Shown here: in pieces, positions 1-9,500 of the stretch
Layout: each line of letters starts with the position of its first letter
Position numbering within the stretch: the first letter of the stretch is position 1
IMG/VR virus record: IMGVR_UViG_3300021431_000075
Coordinates: 384,001-448,000 of that record
Length of the DNA: 64,000 nucleotides
Source: a virus
Taxonomy: Duplodnaviria > Caudoviricetes
Reading direction: 5' to 3' (one strand)
The notes under the pieces: model-generated
Databases searched by the model: none
Told to the model about the DNA's origin: nothing
What the model saw: only the letters and a program-made list of their open reading frames with translations
Program-made: the position numbers and the translations under genes

Positions 1-200
1 ACTGTCCGTCAGATACTTGTACGAATTGTGGTTATCAGGGAAACATTGCAGACAAGTGTCCGGTTTGCGGAAGCGATGAAATCGAAAGATTGCGTCGAGT
101 TACCGGCTATTTGACTGGTGACTATCACACCGCATTCAATGAGGGAAAGCAGTGTGAGACTGATGACAGAGTAAAACATAAGAAGGAAGTTAATCTTTGA
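1..200 (+). CDS. nrdD: Anaerobic ribonucleoside-triphosphate reductase, C-terminal end (5' truncated by window)
   Basis: Frame 3 reads CPSDTCTNCGY...KCPVCGS...RLRRVTGYLTG: Zn-ribbon CxxC pairs plus the glycyl-radical RVxGYL motif. TGA at 198-200, followed by nrdG. Confidence 0.93.
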   Translation, partial: CPSDTCTNCGYQGNIADKCPVCGSDEIERLRRVTGYLTGDYHTAFNEGKQCETDDRVKHKKEVNL

Positions 201-208
201 TTTTTATT

Positions 209-721
209 ATGAACGTGTTGACATTGACCACTCCGGATGTAGAGAACGGTTACGGAAACCGAGTCACTCTATGGGTTGCTGGTTGCACCCACAAGTGTCC
301 AGAATGCCATAACAAGCACACATGGGCATATAATCAGGGTGTTCCTATTGACAATCCGGAAGTTTATGATAAGATATATGAAGAGTCGAACCATGATTAT
401 ATTCAGGGCTTGACGCTGTCTGGTGGAGATCCTCTGGACCAGAGTGATGAGTCTATCAACAAGCTGATTGATTTCATCATAAAGTACAAGTATGATTTTC
501 CAGATAAGGACATCTGGGTATATACAGGATGTATATATGAAGACTTGCTGAAGCGGGATTGTGTTGTTCAGTTGCTTTCATTATGCGATGTTCTTGTTGA
601 TGGAACGTTTGATAAGCGCTGTTTCAAACTTGACTTGGCATTCCGCGGAAGCACGAATCAGAGAATCATAGATTTGAACAAGACATCCGGAACAAACATA
701 GTTGAAATTGAAGTTGATTGA
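209..721 (+). CDS. nrdG: Anaerobic RNR activating protein (radical SAM)
   Basis: NGYGNRVTLWVAGCTHKCPECHN (CxxxCxxC), GLTLSGGDPL, FRGSTNQR. ATG at 209 preferred over the ORF-track start at 197. Confidence 0.95.
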   Translation: MNVLTLTTPDVENGYGNRVTLWVAGCTHKCPECHNKHTWAYNQGVPIDNPEVYDKIYEESNHDYIQGLTLSGGDPLDQSDESINKLIDFIIKYKYDFPDKDIWVYTGCIYEDLLKRDCVVQLLSLCDVLVDGTFDKRCFKLDLAFRGSTNQRIIDLNKTSGTNIVEIEVD

Positions 722-730
722 ATAGTTGTT

Positions 731-769
731 GCAGCGCGGTTTTTGATTTTTTCAAGCCGCGCTGCTTTT
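731..769 (+). terminator. Intrinsic terminator after nrdG
   Basis: GCAGCGCGGT...GCCGCGCTGC stem followed by TTTT. Confidence 0.8.
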
Positions 770-789
770 AATAATAAATTGGAAAAGAA

Positions 790-1080
790 ATGGACAAGTT
801 AGAAGAAGTTAAGAAAATAACAGAAATGCATGACAGGAACATTGGTTTGGAAGAAATGCAGATGAATCCGAGAATCAAATTTTCTCTGGAGCAATTCGAG
901 TTTAATTGTGAGTACCCTGATGAATGTTTTCTTGCAACGATGGAAATGTTCGGAAAGAAGTTCAAAGACAATCCGAACATTGCTGTTAGATATGCAAAAG
1001 AATTTGATGAAGATAAGAAAGTTTGCTATTGCTTTTATCTTGAGAACAAAACTTTGCTGGAAAATAAAGAAAAAAGTTAA
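790..1080 (+). CDS. Hypothetical protein
   Basis: 96-aa ORF with phage-like codon usage, in the direction of transcription. Confidence 0.7.
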   Translation: MDKLEEVKKITEMHDRNIGLEEMQMNPRIKFSLEQFEFNCEYPDECFLATMEMFGKKFKDNPNIAVRYAKEFDEDKKVCYCFYLENKTLLENKEKS

Positions 1081-1116
1081 AAGTAATTAAAATTTTATAA
1101 TTTGTTCAAGATATTG

Positions 1117-1147
1117 TTTGTCGTGTTGGAGATCTTTTATATATTTG
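1117..1147 (+). promoter_or_regulatory. Bacteroidota sigma-A-type (early) promoter
   Basis: TTTG (1117-1120), 19 nt, TATATTTG (1140-1147); matches the -33 TTTG / -7 TAnnTTTG consensus. Confidence 0.75.
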
Positions 1148-1172
1148 CAAAATAAAATTCAAAGCAAGACAA

Positions 1173-1382
1173 ATGAACTTTACGGTAAGGAAATCAAACA
1201 AGGCTAAAGACAGTTCAGTTGAAATATCGAATGAACTTGCACAAAGAGTTATTGAACTTCTTTCGAATGTTGATTGTACATGCATCTGGTCACAACAAGA
1301 TAACCAGTACATCAAAGTCAATGATATTCCGACAGATGTTGTTCGAGAACTTGAACTGGCAATTAAATTGAAGAAATTATGA
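1173..1382 (+). CDS. Hypothetical protein (probably early)
   Basis: 69-aa ORF directly after the host-type promoter; stop overlaps the next start. Confidence 0.7.
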   Translation: MNFTVRKSNKAKDSSVEISNELAQRVIELLSNVDCTCIWSQQDNQYIKVNDIPTDVVRELELAIKLKKL

Positions 1383-1771
1383 GTTTGAATCTAAAGGTAA
1401 TATCTTATAAACATCCGGATTTTGACAAGGTGGTCAAAGAGAATAACTTGTCTGGTAAAGATGAATGTATTTCATCCGGAATGTATTTTCATGGAGAACT
1501 TGAAGAAGAAACAGGATTTGATATGTTCATGATTCTGAATCTTTCAGAACTTCCGTTGTGTGTTAATGAATATGAACAGGACTTTCGCTATTTGGATTAT
1601 GAAGGAGAAGTTGACGTTGAAGTTTATGGAAATCCTAAAAAATGCATCGGCTATATATGGAAACCTGTCCAGAGATCAAATATCAGAAAAGGTTTGCTTT
1701 GTTATGCGGATGATAAATCTGCGAAAGATCATGTTTTGAAGTGCTATCAAGAAAAAAGATTCATCATATGA
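1379..1771 (+). CDS. Hypothetical protein
   Basis: 130-aa ORF, ATGA coupling at both ends. Confidence 0.75.
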   Translation: MSLNLKVISYKHPDFDKVVKENNLSGKDECISSGMYFHGELEEETGFDMFMILNLSELPLCVNEYEQDFRYLDYEGEVDVEVYGNPKKCIGYIWKPVQRSNIRKGLLCYADDKSAKDHVLKCYQEKRFII

Positions 1772-2274
1772 TTGAGTTAAGAACATCTACTAATAACGTG
1801 AAGTATGGCGTTCGTTACGCATGCGGTACATATGACACGAAGATTGAAGGTATTCTTTGTATCTGTGACACAAAGGAACAGGCGGAAACCATCAAAGAGA
1901 AACTGGTCAGCCATAGAAACAGAATCATTGAAATTGCTGTGAAAGATGTTGATATGGACTATTCGTATACTACTCTGCATGACGATTTCATAGAAGGATT
2001 TTTTGTGAAACTTGGAAAAGACGGTCGTTCTGATGAATTGACACATGAAGAGTGGGATCAGTTTGATGAATATCAAACTGATGAAAACTTCAAAAAATAT
2101 TTGGTCAGCAAGGGTTATAGTGAAGAAGTTGCAGATGCTACGATAATTTATAACTCTTATGATGACTGGTCGGAAGTACAGACGCATTATAACGTGGTTG
2201 ATATTCCGTATCTTGGACCAGATGAAACATTTGAAATTAAAGGAGAAAATGACGTATGGGTGAAAGTTCAATAA
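1768..2274 (+). CDS. Hypothetical protein
   Basis: ORF 1741-2274; the ATGA overlap favours a start at 1768. Confidence 0.75.
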   Translation: MIELRTSTNNVKYGVRYACGTYDTKIEGILCICDTKEQAETIKEKLVSHRNRIIEIAVKDVDMDYSYTTLHDDFIEGFFVKLGKDGRSDELTHEEWDQFDEYQTDENFKKYLVSKGYSEEVADATIIYNSYDDWSEVQTHYNVVDIPYLGPDETFEIKGENDVWVKVQ

Positions 2275-2408
2275 AGACTGTTGTCGTAGAGGAAGACGGA
2301 ACCGAGCGAGTTGAGGAGATTCCGTTGATGCGGCTTGACAAAGTCAAGTTCGGCAATGAGAGTGGTTCAGAGAAGAAAAGAAAGGTTGTTCGCAAAAAGA
2401 AGAATTGA
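2256..2408 (+). CDS. Small basic-tailed hypothetical protein (50 aa, not in ORF track)
   Basis: MGESSIKTVVVEEDG...KKRKVVRKKKN* fills the gap before Thg1. Confidence 0.5.
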   Translation: MGESSIKTVVVEEDGTERVEEIPLMRLDKVKFGNESGSEKKRKVVRKKKN

Positions 2409-2414
2409 AAAAAG

Positions 2415-3269
2415 ATGGAGACTATTGCAGACAAGATGAAAGGCATCCAGAAGAAGTTTGATTATACTCTTCCAAAGAAGGCGTATACGATGATTATGCT
2501 TGATGGAAAGAACTTCTCCCGGAAAGTCAAGAAGCGTTTTAAAAGACCGTTCGACCCAGTATTCGTCAAGTTGATGGATGATACTGCGGCATTCTTGTGC
2601 AAGGAATTGCAGGGGGCGAAGTTCGCGTTTGTCCAGAGCGATGAGATTTCAATAGTCATTACGGATTTTGAAGCAGAGGAGTGTTCGTCATTCTTTGATA
2701 ATAGAATTTGCAAGTTGCAGTCTATTAGCGCGTCTCTTGCAACATCTTTCTTCAATAGGGAAGTTGTAAATAATATCATAGCAGATTGTTCAGACATGGC
2801 TGAGATTGCAAAGCGTGTTTCAACAGAGCCGCTGTACCAGTTTGATGCAAAGGCTTGGTCTATCCCTGCTGATGACTTCAATGATATGTTTTGTTGGTTC
2901 CTTTTTAGACAGAATGACTGCATCCGGAATTCAAAGCAGCAGGTCGCACAGACATATCTTTCTCACAAGAGTCTTGTGAGAAAGAATACGGATGAGCAGA
3001 TACAGTTATTGAAAGATGAACGCGATATTGACTGGAACAATGACTTTGAGGACAATGTCAAGTATGGTCGGTTCATATACAAGGAAAGCGTATTTCAGAC
3101 AACAGTCGTAAACGGTCAAGAAATTGATTTTAATCGTTCAGTTTGGGTATCGCATCCGGCATTCAAGTTGAACAGCTATGAAGGAAGGAGAAAGTTCATA
3201 TCACTTGGAATCGTTCCGATGACAGAAACAGCATTAGAACTTGAAAATAGTAGAAATGTAGAAAATTAG
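2415..3269 (+). CDS. thg1: tRNA(His) guanylyltransferase Thg1 / Thg1-like protein
   Basis: MLDGKNFS, KRPFD, FVQSDEISI, FDAKAW, FLFRQNDCIRNS motifs typical of the Thg1 family. Confidence 0.9.
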   Translation: METIADKMKGIQKKFDYTLPKKAYTMIMLDGKNFSRKVKKRFKRPFDPVFVKLMDDTAAFLCKELQGAKFAFVQSDEISIVITDFEAEECSSFFDNRICKLQSISASLATSFFNREVVNNIIADCSDMAEIAKRVSTEPLYQFDAKAWSIPADDFNDMFCWFLFRQNDCIRNSKQQVAQTYLSHKSLVRKNTDEQIQLLKDERDIDWNNDFEDNVKYGRFIYKESVFQTTVVNGQEIDFNRSVWVSHPAFKLNSYEGRRKFISLGIVPMTETALELENSRNVEN

Positions 3270-3281
3270 TTGTCACAATTT

Positions 3282-3309
3282 TAAACTAAATTATCTTTTT
3301 GATGTATAC
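3282..3309 (+). promoter_or_regulatory. Phage promoter motif TAAAC-N17-GTATAC
   Basis: Exact motif and spacing; recurs in many intergenic regions. Confidence 0.75.
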
Positions 3310-3389
3310 TATATGCTAATTATTTGAATTGCTTGATGATAATATATATCAATCTGGTTATCAAATGATTATATATAAAACAATGTTTT

Positions 3390-3698
3390 TTGCATATGAG
3401 ATATACAATAAAAAAGAAGGGTCTCAGGATGAGCAAAGAGCTTCAAGAGAATCCTGATAAGTTCAAGCATCGAGTTTGTATAGCTTATGATTCTACGAAT
3501 CAGAGGAATCCTTATATGTATGTATTGATCGGAAACCATGACCACAAGAACGATCATGACATTCGTAAGATATATGCAAAAACAACAGGCACTCCTTATT
3601 ATGCGACTCGACTCGTTCTTTATTCTACTTATATCAAGAGAGTGAACAAAAAGAAAGTTGAAAACACAGAAACATTGTTTTTAATTAATGAAGTTTGA
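3390..3698 (+). CDS. Hypothetical basic protein
   Basis: About 100-aa ORF downstream of the promoter; start uncertain. Confidence 0.65.
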   Translation: MHMRYTIKKKGLRMSKELQENPDKFKHRVCIAYDSTNQRNPYMYVLIGNHDHKNDHDIRKIYAKTTGTPYYATRLVLYSTYIKRVNKKKVENTETLFLINEV

Positions 3699-4951
3699 TG
3701 AACAATACAAACATTATCAGAGAACTAAAATATGACTATGACGATTTGAGCATTGTTCCTGCTGAAAAGACCAGTATTGAATCAGAAAGCGATGTTGATG
3801 TTCATATCAAGAATAGTGCAGTGCGTGAAGAAGATGGAATGCTTCCCATTTTCACATCTCCAAAAGATTTTGTTGTAGATGAGTACAATTATAAGATATT
3901 CAAGAACAACGGAATCATTCCGATTATTAACAAGAATGTTAGGATTGAAAAGAGACTTGAACTTACAAAACAAGGTGAGTGGTGTGCTTATTCTCTTGGT
4001 GAATTTGATTCCATATTCAATAACGACAATGATGTCTCTATATATGAAGGATTGTCTGAAGTAAAGGCTCTTATAGAGCCGGCATTTGGAAACATGAGAC
4101 ATATCTTAAACTCTGCTATTCAGGCAAAAACCCTGGTTTGTAAGAGGTTTGATGGAAAGTGTCATCTTGTTCTGATGGCTGGTAGTGTAGTGAATCCAAA
4201 AACAAGTTTGAATTACGGATGGGCTGAAATTGATTATATAAGGTGTTCTGGCGGTTTCAAAAATGACAGTCCGGATAATACAAGCATACCGGTGCATTAT
4301 CCAGCAGCATCCTTGATAATGGAAGTTCGTAACATAAAGAAGAAAAGTCCGGAAGTAAGTTCGAAGATTGTAGCAGATGGTGGTTTTAAGAATATATCAG
4401 AGGCTATTGTTGCTCTTGCTTGTGGAGCGGATTATGTGATGATTGACAATATGCTCGGTTCTTTGTTTGAATCAAGTGCGGCGTTTGACAATATGTACAA
4501 GTTTGTAAATACATCTAATGGCTATTTTGACGGTATGAAAGACAATAGAGAGTTTGTCTTTGTTGTCAAGATAAAAGATAATAATATTTGCAAAGAGTAT
4601 GACAATCTTGCTATAAGATACAGTCTCCCCGACTATAAGATTGTCAATACAATCGATGTTCGCATTATGTACATATCATTGACGTTAGAGCAGATGCAGA
4701 TTGATGAAATCGGAAGATGGGTTATTAAACATACGACATTGTGGAAGATAATGAAAGATAGCGAGCAAGAAGTTACAAGTGAAGTAAAACAGACATTGAA
4801 GCAATGGACCGAACGATTCAAAGATATGCTTTCCTCAGTAATGTTCTGTTGTAATAAGAGACAACTTGCTGATTTTGTGGGACATGTGGTACTTGTTCCG
4901 AATATTCATGTGCGAAATTCTATATTTGTCTATAAAGATGTCAATGCGTAA
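3695..4951 (+). CDS. IMPDH/GMP-reductase-like TIM-barrel protein, catalytic loop degenerate
   Basis: YDYDDLSIVP, LPIFTSP, LMAGSVVNP, IVADGGFKN, ALACGADYVMI. The GxG..SxCxT catalytic loop is replaced by RCSGGFKNDSPDNT. Confidence 0.7.
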   Translation: MMNNTNIIRELKYDYDDLSIVPAEKTSIESESDVDVHIKNSAVREEDGMLPIFTSPKDFVVDEYNYKIFKNNGIIPIINKNVRIEKRLELTKQGEWCAYSLGEFDSIFNNDNDVSIYEGLSEVKALIEPAFGNMRHILNSAIQAKTLVCKRFDGKCHLVLMAGSVVNPKTSLNYGWAEIDYIRCSGGFKNDSPDNTSIPVHYPAASLIMEVRNIKKKSPEVSSKIVADGGFKNISEAIVALACGADYVMIDNMLGSLFESSAAFDNMYKFVNTSNGYFDGMKDNREFVFVVKIKDNNICKEYDNLAIRYSLPDYKIVNTIDVRIMYISLTLEQMQIDEIGRWVIKHTTLWKIMKDSEQEVTSEVKQTLKQWTERFKDMLSSVMFCCNKRQLADFVGHVVLVPNIHVRNSIFVYKDVNA

Positions 4952-4977
4952 AACATAAATGTCTGAAAAAAATAGTT

Positions 4978-4985
4978 GATAAATA
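4978..4985 (+). promoter_or_regulatory. T4-like late promoter (GATAAATA)
   Basis: Resembles the T4 TATAAATA late promoter; about 57 nt upstream of the lipoprotein gene. Confidence 0.45.
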
Positions 4986-5042
4986 TTTTCGTGTCAGTGT
5001 AATGATGACACTTTTATAAAATTAATTAAATTTTTCTAAAAA

Positions 5043-5276
5043 ATGAAGAAGATTTTATTTTGTATTGTAGCTCTTGTGGCTATGAGTATGAGTTTTGCAA
5101 GCTGTGACGGTTGTTCTTCTGAACCTGTTGCTGCTGATTCAACTGCTGTCGATACACTTGCTACCGATACAACTGTTACCGATACACTTGCTACCGATAC
5201 AGCCGTTATTGACACAGTCGAGGTTGAGAATCTTGCTGAAATTGAAGCAGACTCTCTTGCATTCGTGGCTGAATAA
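5043..5276 (+). CDS. Small Thr/Asp-rich lipoprotein
   Basis: Signal peptide with lipobox SFAS-C; repeated D-S/T-x motifs. Confidence 0.85.
   Translation: MKKILFCIVALVAMSMSFASCDGCSSEPVAADSTAVDTLATDTTVTDTLATDTAVIDTVEVENLAEIEADSLAFVAE
5151..5201 (+). repeat. Direct repeat GATACACTTGCTACCGATACA x2 (30-bp period) inside the lipoprotein gene
   Basis: Identical 21-mers at 5151 and 5181 encoding DTLATDT. Confidence 0.9.
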
Positions 5277-5429
5277 GCAATTCGTTTTCTATGTTACAAT
5301 TCATATCAATCCGGTTTGCTCCTGATAGAGCATCCGGTTTGAGATATGGAAGAATTGAACTGATTTTTATTATTTTAGACAGAGTGAGTTTTTAACATTA
5401 TCAATAATTTTTAAAAGAAAAATTAAACA

Positions 5430-6479
5430 ATGAGAAAAAGCAAAGTATTTTTTATGATTGCGGCTCTTATGCTCGCAATTACAGCAACCGCACAGAATTT
5501 CAATGGTAAGGCTAACTTCTTGGACAACTGGTCCGTTGGTCTCAATGGCGGCGTACAGACGAATCTTCATGACTGGAACAAGCCTCAGGGTGCAATCGTT
5601 GGTCTTAACATCGACAATGAGTTCACTCCTGTATATGGCATTACCCTTGAAGCAGTTGCAGGTTTTAACAACAATGCTAACATGTTCGGTAGGAACTTGA
5701 AAAAGATGACTCGCCATCAGGCGTTTTCACATGGTGGAACATTTGTTGAAGACCTGAGCATATTCGTTGATGGTAGAATGAATCTTACAAATGCATTCCT
5801 GGGTTACAATGGAACTCCACGACCATTTGAAGTAGGTGCTCTTGTCGGTGTTGGTTACGAGCGTGTGTTCAACAATGCGCAGTATAGTAAGAGAAATGCA
5901 ATCCTTGCAAAGACTGGTCTTAATTTTAACTTTAATCTCGGCGAATCCAAGGCTTGGACTTTCAATGTGCAGCCGTCTGTTGTTTGGAACGTATCAAAGC
6001 CAAAGGAATTTAATGCAAATTTCGGCGTATTCCAGTTGACAGCAGGTATTGTATATCATTTCAAGACATCCAACGGCACACACCATTTCACAAATGCAAA
6101 ACTTTGGGATGGTGCTCAGATTGCACGTTTGAACAGAAAGATCAAGGAACTTGAAGACAGAAAGCCTCAGGTGATTGAGAAAGTCAAGTATGTCAATGCA
6201 CAGGAGAAGTATGTTGTTACATTCTTCTTCGATAGCGATGAAATCTCTGAAACCGGCAAGGCTGAACTTAACAAGATTGGCAACAATGCAGTAGTGGTTG
6301 TTGATGGTTATGCAAGTGTTGAACCTACTTCCAATGAAGACTATCAGGTAGAGCTTTCACAGCGCCGTGCGGATGCAGTTAAGGAGTATCTTAAGAAGCG
6401 CGGTGTTCGAGTTGATAGCGCGATTGGTCATGGTTCGAATGATGAGTTCGGTCGTGTTGTTGTCGTGAGATACAAGTGA
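5430..6479 (+). CDS. Bacteroidetes-type OmpA-family outer-membrane protein
   Basis: Signal peptide, beta-barrel-like N domain ending AGIVYHF, coiled linker, OmpA_C motifs VTFFFDSDEI and LSQRRADAVKEYL. Confidence 0.88.
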   Translation: MRKSKVFFMIAALMLAITATAQNFNGKANFLDNWSVGLNGGVQTNLHDWNKPQGAIVGLNIDNEFTPVYGITLEAVAGFNNNANMFGRNLKKMTRHQAFSHGGTFVEDLSIFVDGRMNLTNAFLGYNGTPRPFEVGALVGVGYERVFNNAQYSKRNAILAKTGLNFNFNLGESKAWTFNVQPSVVWNVSKPKEFNANFGVFQLTAGIVYHFKTSNGTHHFTNAKLWDGAQIARLNRKIKELEDRKPQVIEKVKYVNAQEKYVVTFFFDSDEISETGKAELNKIGNNAVVVVDGYASVEPTSNEDYQVELSQRRADAVKEYLKKRGVRVDSAIGHGSNDEFGRVVVVRYK

Positions 6480-6503
6480 TTGCTGCAACACAAACACAAA
6501 AAT

Positions 6504-6532
6504 GAAACCGGTAAGCATTGCTTATCGGTTTC
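6504..6532. terminator. Bidirectional terminator between convergent ompA-like and tape-measure genes
   Basis: GAAACCGGTAAGC-ATT-GCTTATCGGTTTC hairpin with A-rich and T-rich flanks. Confidence 0.75.
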
Positions 6533-6553
6533 TTCTTTATATATGTTTTTGAT

Positions 6554-9500
6554 TTAAGCGTCTTCTGTAGTGATGAATCCGTCGAAATGCGTATTTGCAA
6601 ACTGCATAGTGATTCTTTGTGTCTTTCGCTTCTGTGGAATTTGTGGATAGAACACTTGCGAAGAACCGGATGCTCTTTGCTGTTGCGTTTGACCATTTGT
6701 AAGTCTGTATGTAGATGGTGTTGATTGTGCAAAGTTTGCGTTTGGCATCTGTTGTGACTGTGGTGCTTGTGCAGCAGAACCATTGACGCTGTTTGTGAGT
6801 TCGAGCAGTTCCTTGATTCCCTGGAAGTTCTCGATAATCTTGTTCTTGTCAAGCGTTTCGATTTTTTCAGATAGTTTTTCGATGCTTGCAGCCATTCCGT
6901 CAACCATCTTTGCAAAATCTTCAAGTGCCTTGTTTCTCTTTCTCTCGTTATCGACAAGTGTTTTGTCGAATTTCTTAAGCGCACTTTCTGCTTTGTTCAT
7001 CTTGCTTGTGAATGTTACGAACTTCTTCTCGCTATGAACCACTACTTTGGTGAACTTTGTCAGGTCTGTTCCGAACATGTTCAACGCACGTCTGCTTGCA
7101 TTTGCTCTGTCTGCAAGTTGCGGTTGTGTCAATACTTCAATGTCCTTGATGAACTGCATGCATGCATTTGTCATGTCTGCATTCTTCATGGCTTTTGTCA
7201 AGTCATTCAGATTTGCAGCAATCTTGATGAGGCTTGATGTGTACGGAATGACGGACTCAATCTCTTTCGGATCAATATCCTTGATTCTTGCAAGGTTGTC
7301 TTTTGAAATCGTGTACTCGATGACGCTGAACAGTTTCTCTGTATTGTCTATTGACAGAGCGGCAAAGTTCTTGTCCGAGAATATTGAAGTCATTTCATTG
7401 TATGGACTCTTGAATGAATGGATGAGCTTCTTAATCTTGTCAAGGTTCTTTGTTGTGTTCTCCAGAGTCTTTTCAACAGAATCGTTTCCGAGTTTTCCGC
7501 AGATGATGGATATGAAATCTGTGAACGACGATGACATGATGTTGGCAGTAGATGCAACCTTATTGAAGTTCTTCTTTTCAATGGTTTCAAGAACCAAGTT
7601 TGTCAAGTCACCTACAGCGTTGACAAGAAGTCCGATGTCTGCGAGATTGTTAAGCAAGATTCCGACTTTATTCTTCTTTACAGTTTTTTCTTTGAATTTT
7701 GTAGTTTCTGTTGATGAGAACAAACTCTTTTTCTTTTCTGTATATGCTTCATATTCAGTAACATCTATCTCGTATTTGCTCAATGAATTATAGAGCGTCT
7801 CGACAAAACTGGTAAATCCCTTTGAAACAGCATTCGAAGTTTTCAGGAATTTTTGAGGATCGAATTTAATCATTTTCCTGACTTCCTGACCGTTTTCCAT
7901 GAATGTGAATTCTTTTCCATCCATGATTCCGTATATGGTGTTCGTGAACTCAACGATGCTATCAACTACTGGCTTGATTCCGTTCTTAAGACTATTGAAT
8001 ATATCGCCTGCTTTCTTGGAGAACGGAGCGATTGCTTCTCCGAATGTGATGATGAAGTTTGCGAACCCAGATGCAATGACAGTTGCAGCCTGCTTGAATT
8101 CCACAGGAGTGAATTTTCTGAACTTGGTCGGATTTCCGTTCTTGTCCCATTCTGTTTCTATCTTTGAATTCAAAGCACTTAACACTGTATTCGTGAACGT
8201 GTTGACAGCCATGACAATCGGTTTGATTCCGACTGCGAGTTTTGCAATAGTACCGAGTGATATGCTCTTCAAAGAGTCCATTCCCTTTGAGAGTTCAACC
8301 ATGAATACTCTGAATGTTACAGATACGGTTACTGCGGCATCTCTGAACTTGGACATCGAGAGTGTTTCATAAGCCTTAGGTGTTCCGTCCGTATTCCATT
8401 CGGTTACATACTTCATTGATGAGAGTTTTCCGACAACATCGACGAATGTTGAAATCGTGTTGAATATTGGCTGGATGTTCTTAAGAATGATTCTTGCCTT
8501 TGATGAACTTATCAGACCTATGTTGTTCAGCGAGTCGCAGATGTTCTTTACAGCGTCGAAAATGTTGTTTCCGTTTGATGTTCTTCCGCTTGGCTTAAAC
8601 AGTCTCTCAAGTTTTCCGACTTCTTCCGGAGTTAAATTATATGCATTGATTTTCTTGATGATTCTTGCAAGAGGCTCTATGACGTTCGAGAGTTTGGATA
8701 TGACAGAACCGATTGAACCAATAGTCATCTTTCCTTTTAGCATCGCGATTGATGTTGCTGGACTCAACGTCATCTTTCCGATAGCGGAAATGAGTTTCGT
8801 CATTTCAGAAAGCATCATCTTGATTGCTTCAGAACCGGATTTCATAACTGAACGGTTCCTTGTCGCTATGTTAGCCATGGAAACATATTTAGGAATAACT
8901 CCATTAAGACCGCGCATGACTGCAGCGATTCCTGTGACCGCTCCGGCTCCTAACGCAAGGACTATTGCTTGTGGACCGAATATGAGCGCGCCGACTGCTC
9001 CGATGATAAGTCCCCAAGACATGATGATTTCCTTGATTGCTGCTGAACCTGACTTGATGTTCTGCTTGTTCCTGTTAATCATCAATGCCGTCTTTGTATA
9101 TGAAGGAAGCATCTTTCCGATAGCCCAGAGAACAGCAGATATTCCGGTAACGGCTCCTGCACCCAATGCAAGTATTGCGGCTTGCGGTCCGCTAATCAGC
9201 GCGCCGATAGCACCCATGATGATCCCCCATACACCGATGGTCCCCGCTATTTCAAGACCGCCGTCTGTTATTCTCTTTGCATCTTTCTCCATCATCAATG
9301 CGGTCTTTATATATGATGGAAGCATCTTTCCGATAGCCCAGAGAAGAGCGGTTACGCCGCCTATTGTAGCGATTCCCTTGACAATAGACATTCCATTGAT
9401 TTTTCCTGTTGCTGCAACAATCAAGCCGAATGCTCCGATTGTGGCAACAACAACTTTCGAGCCTTCTGCTGCTTTTTCCGCATCTGCTCCGATTGGAATG

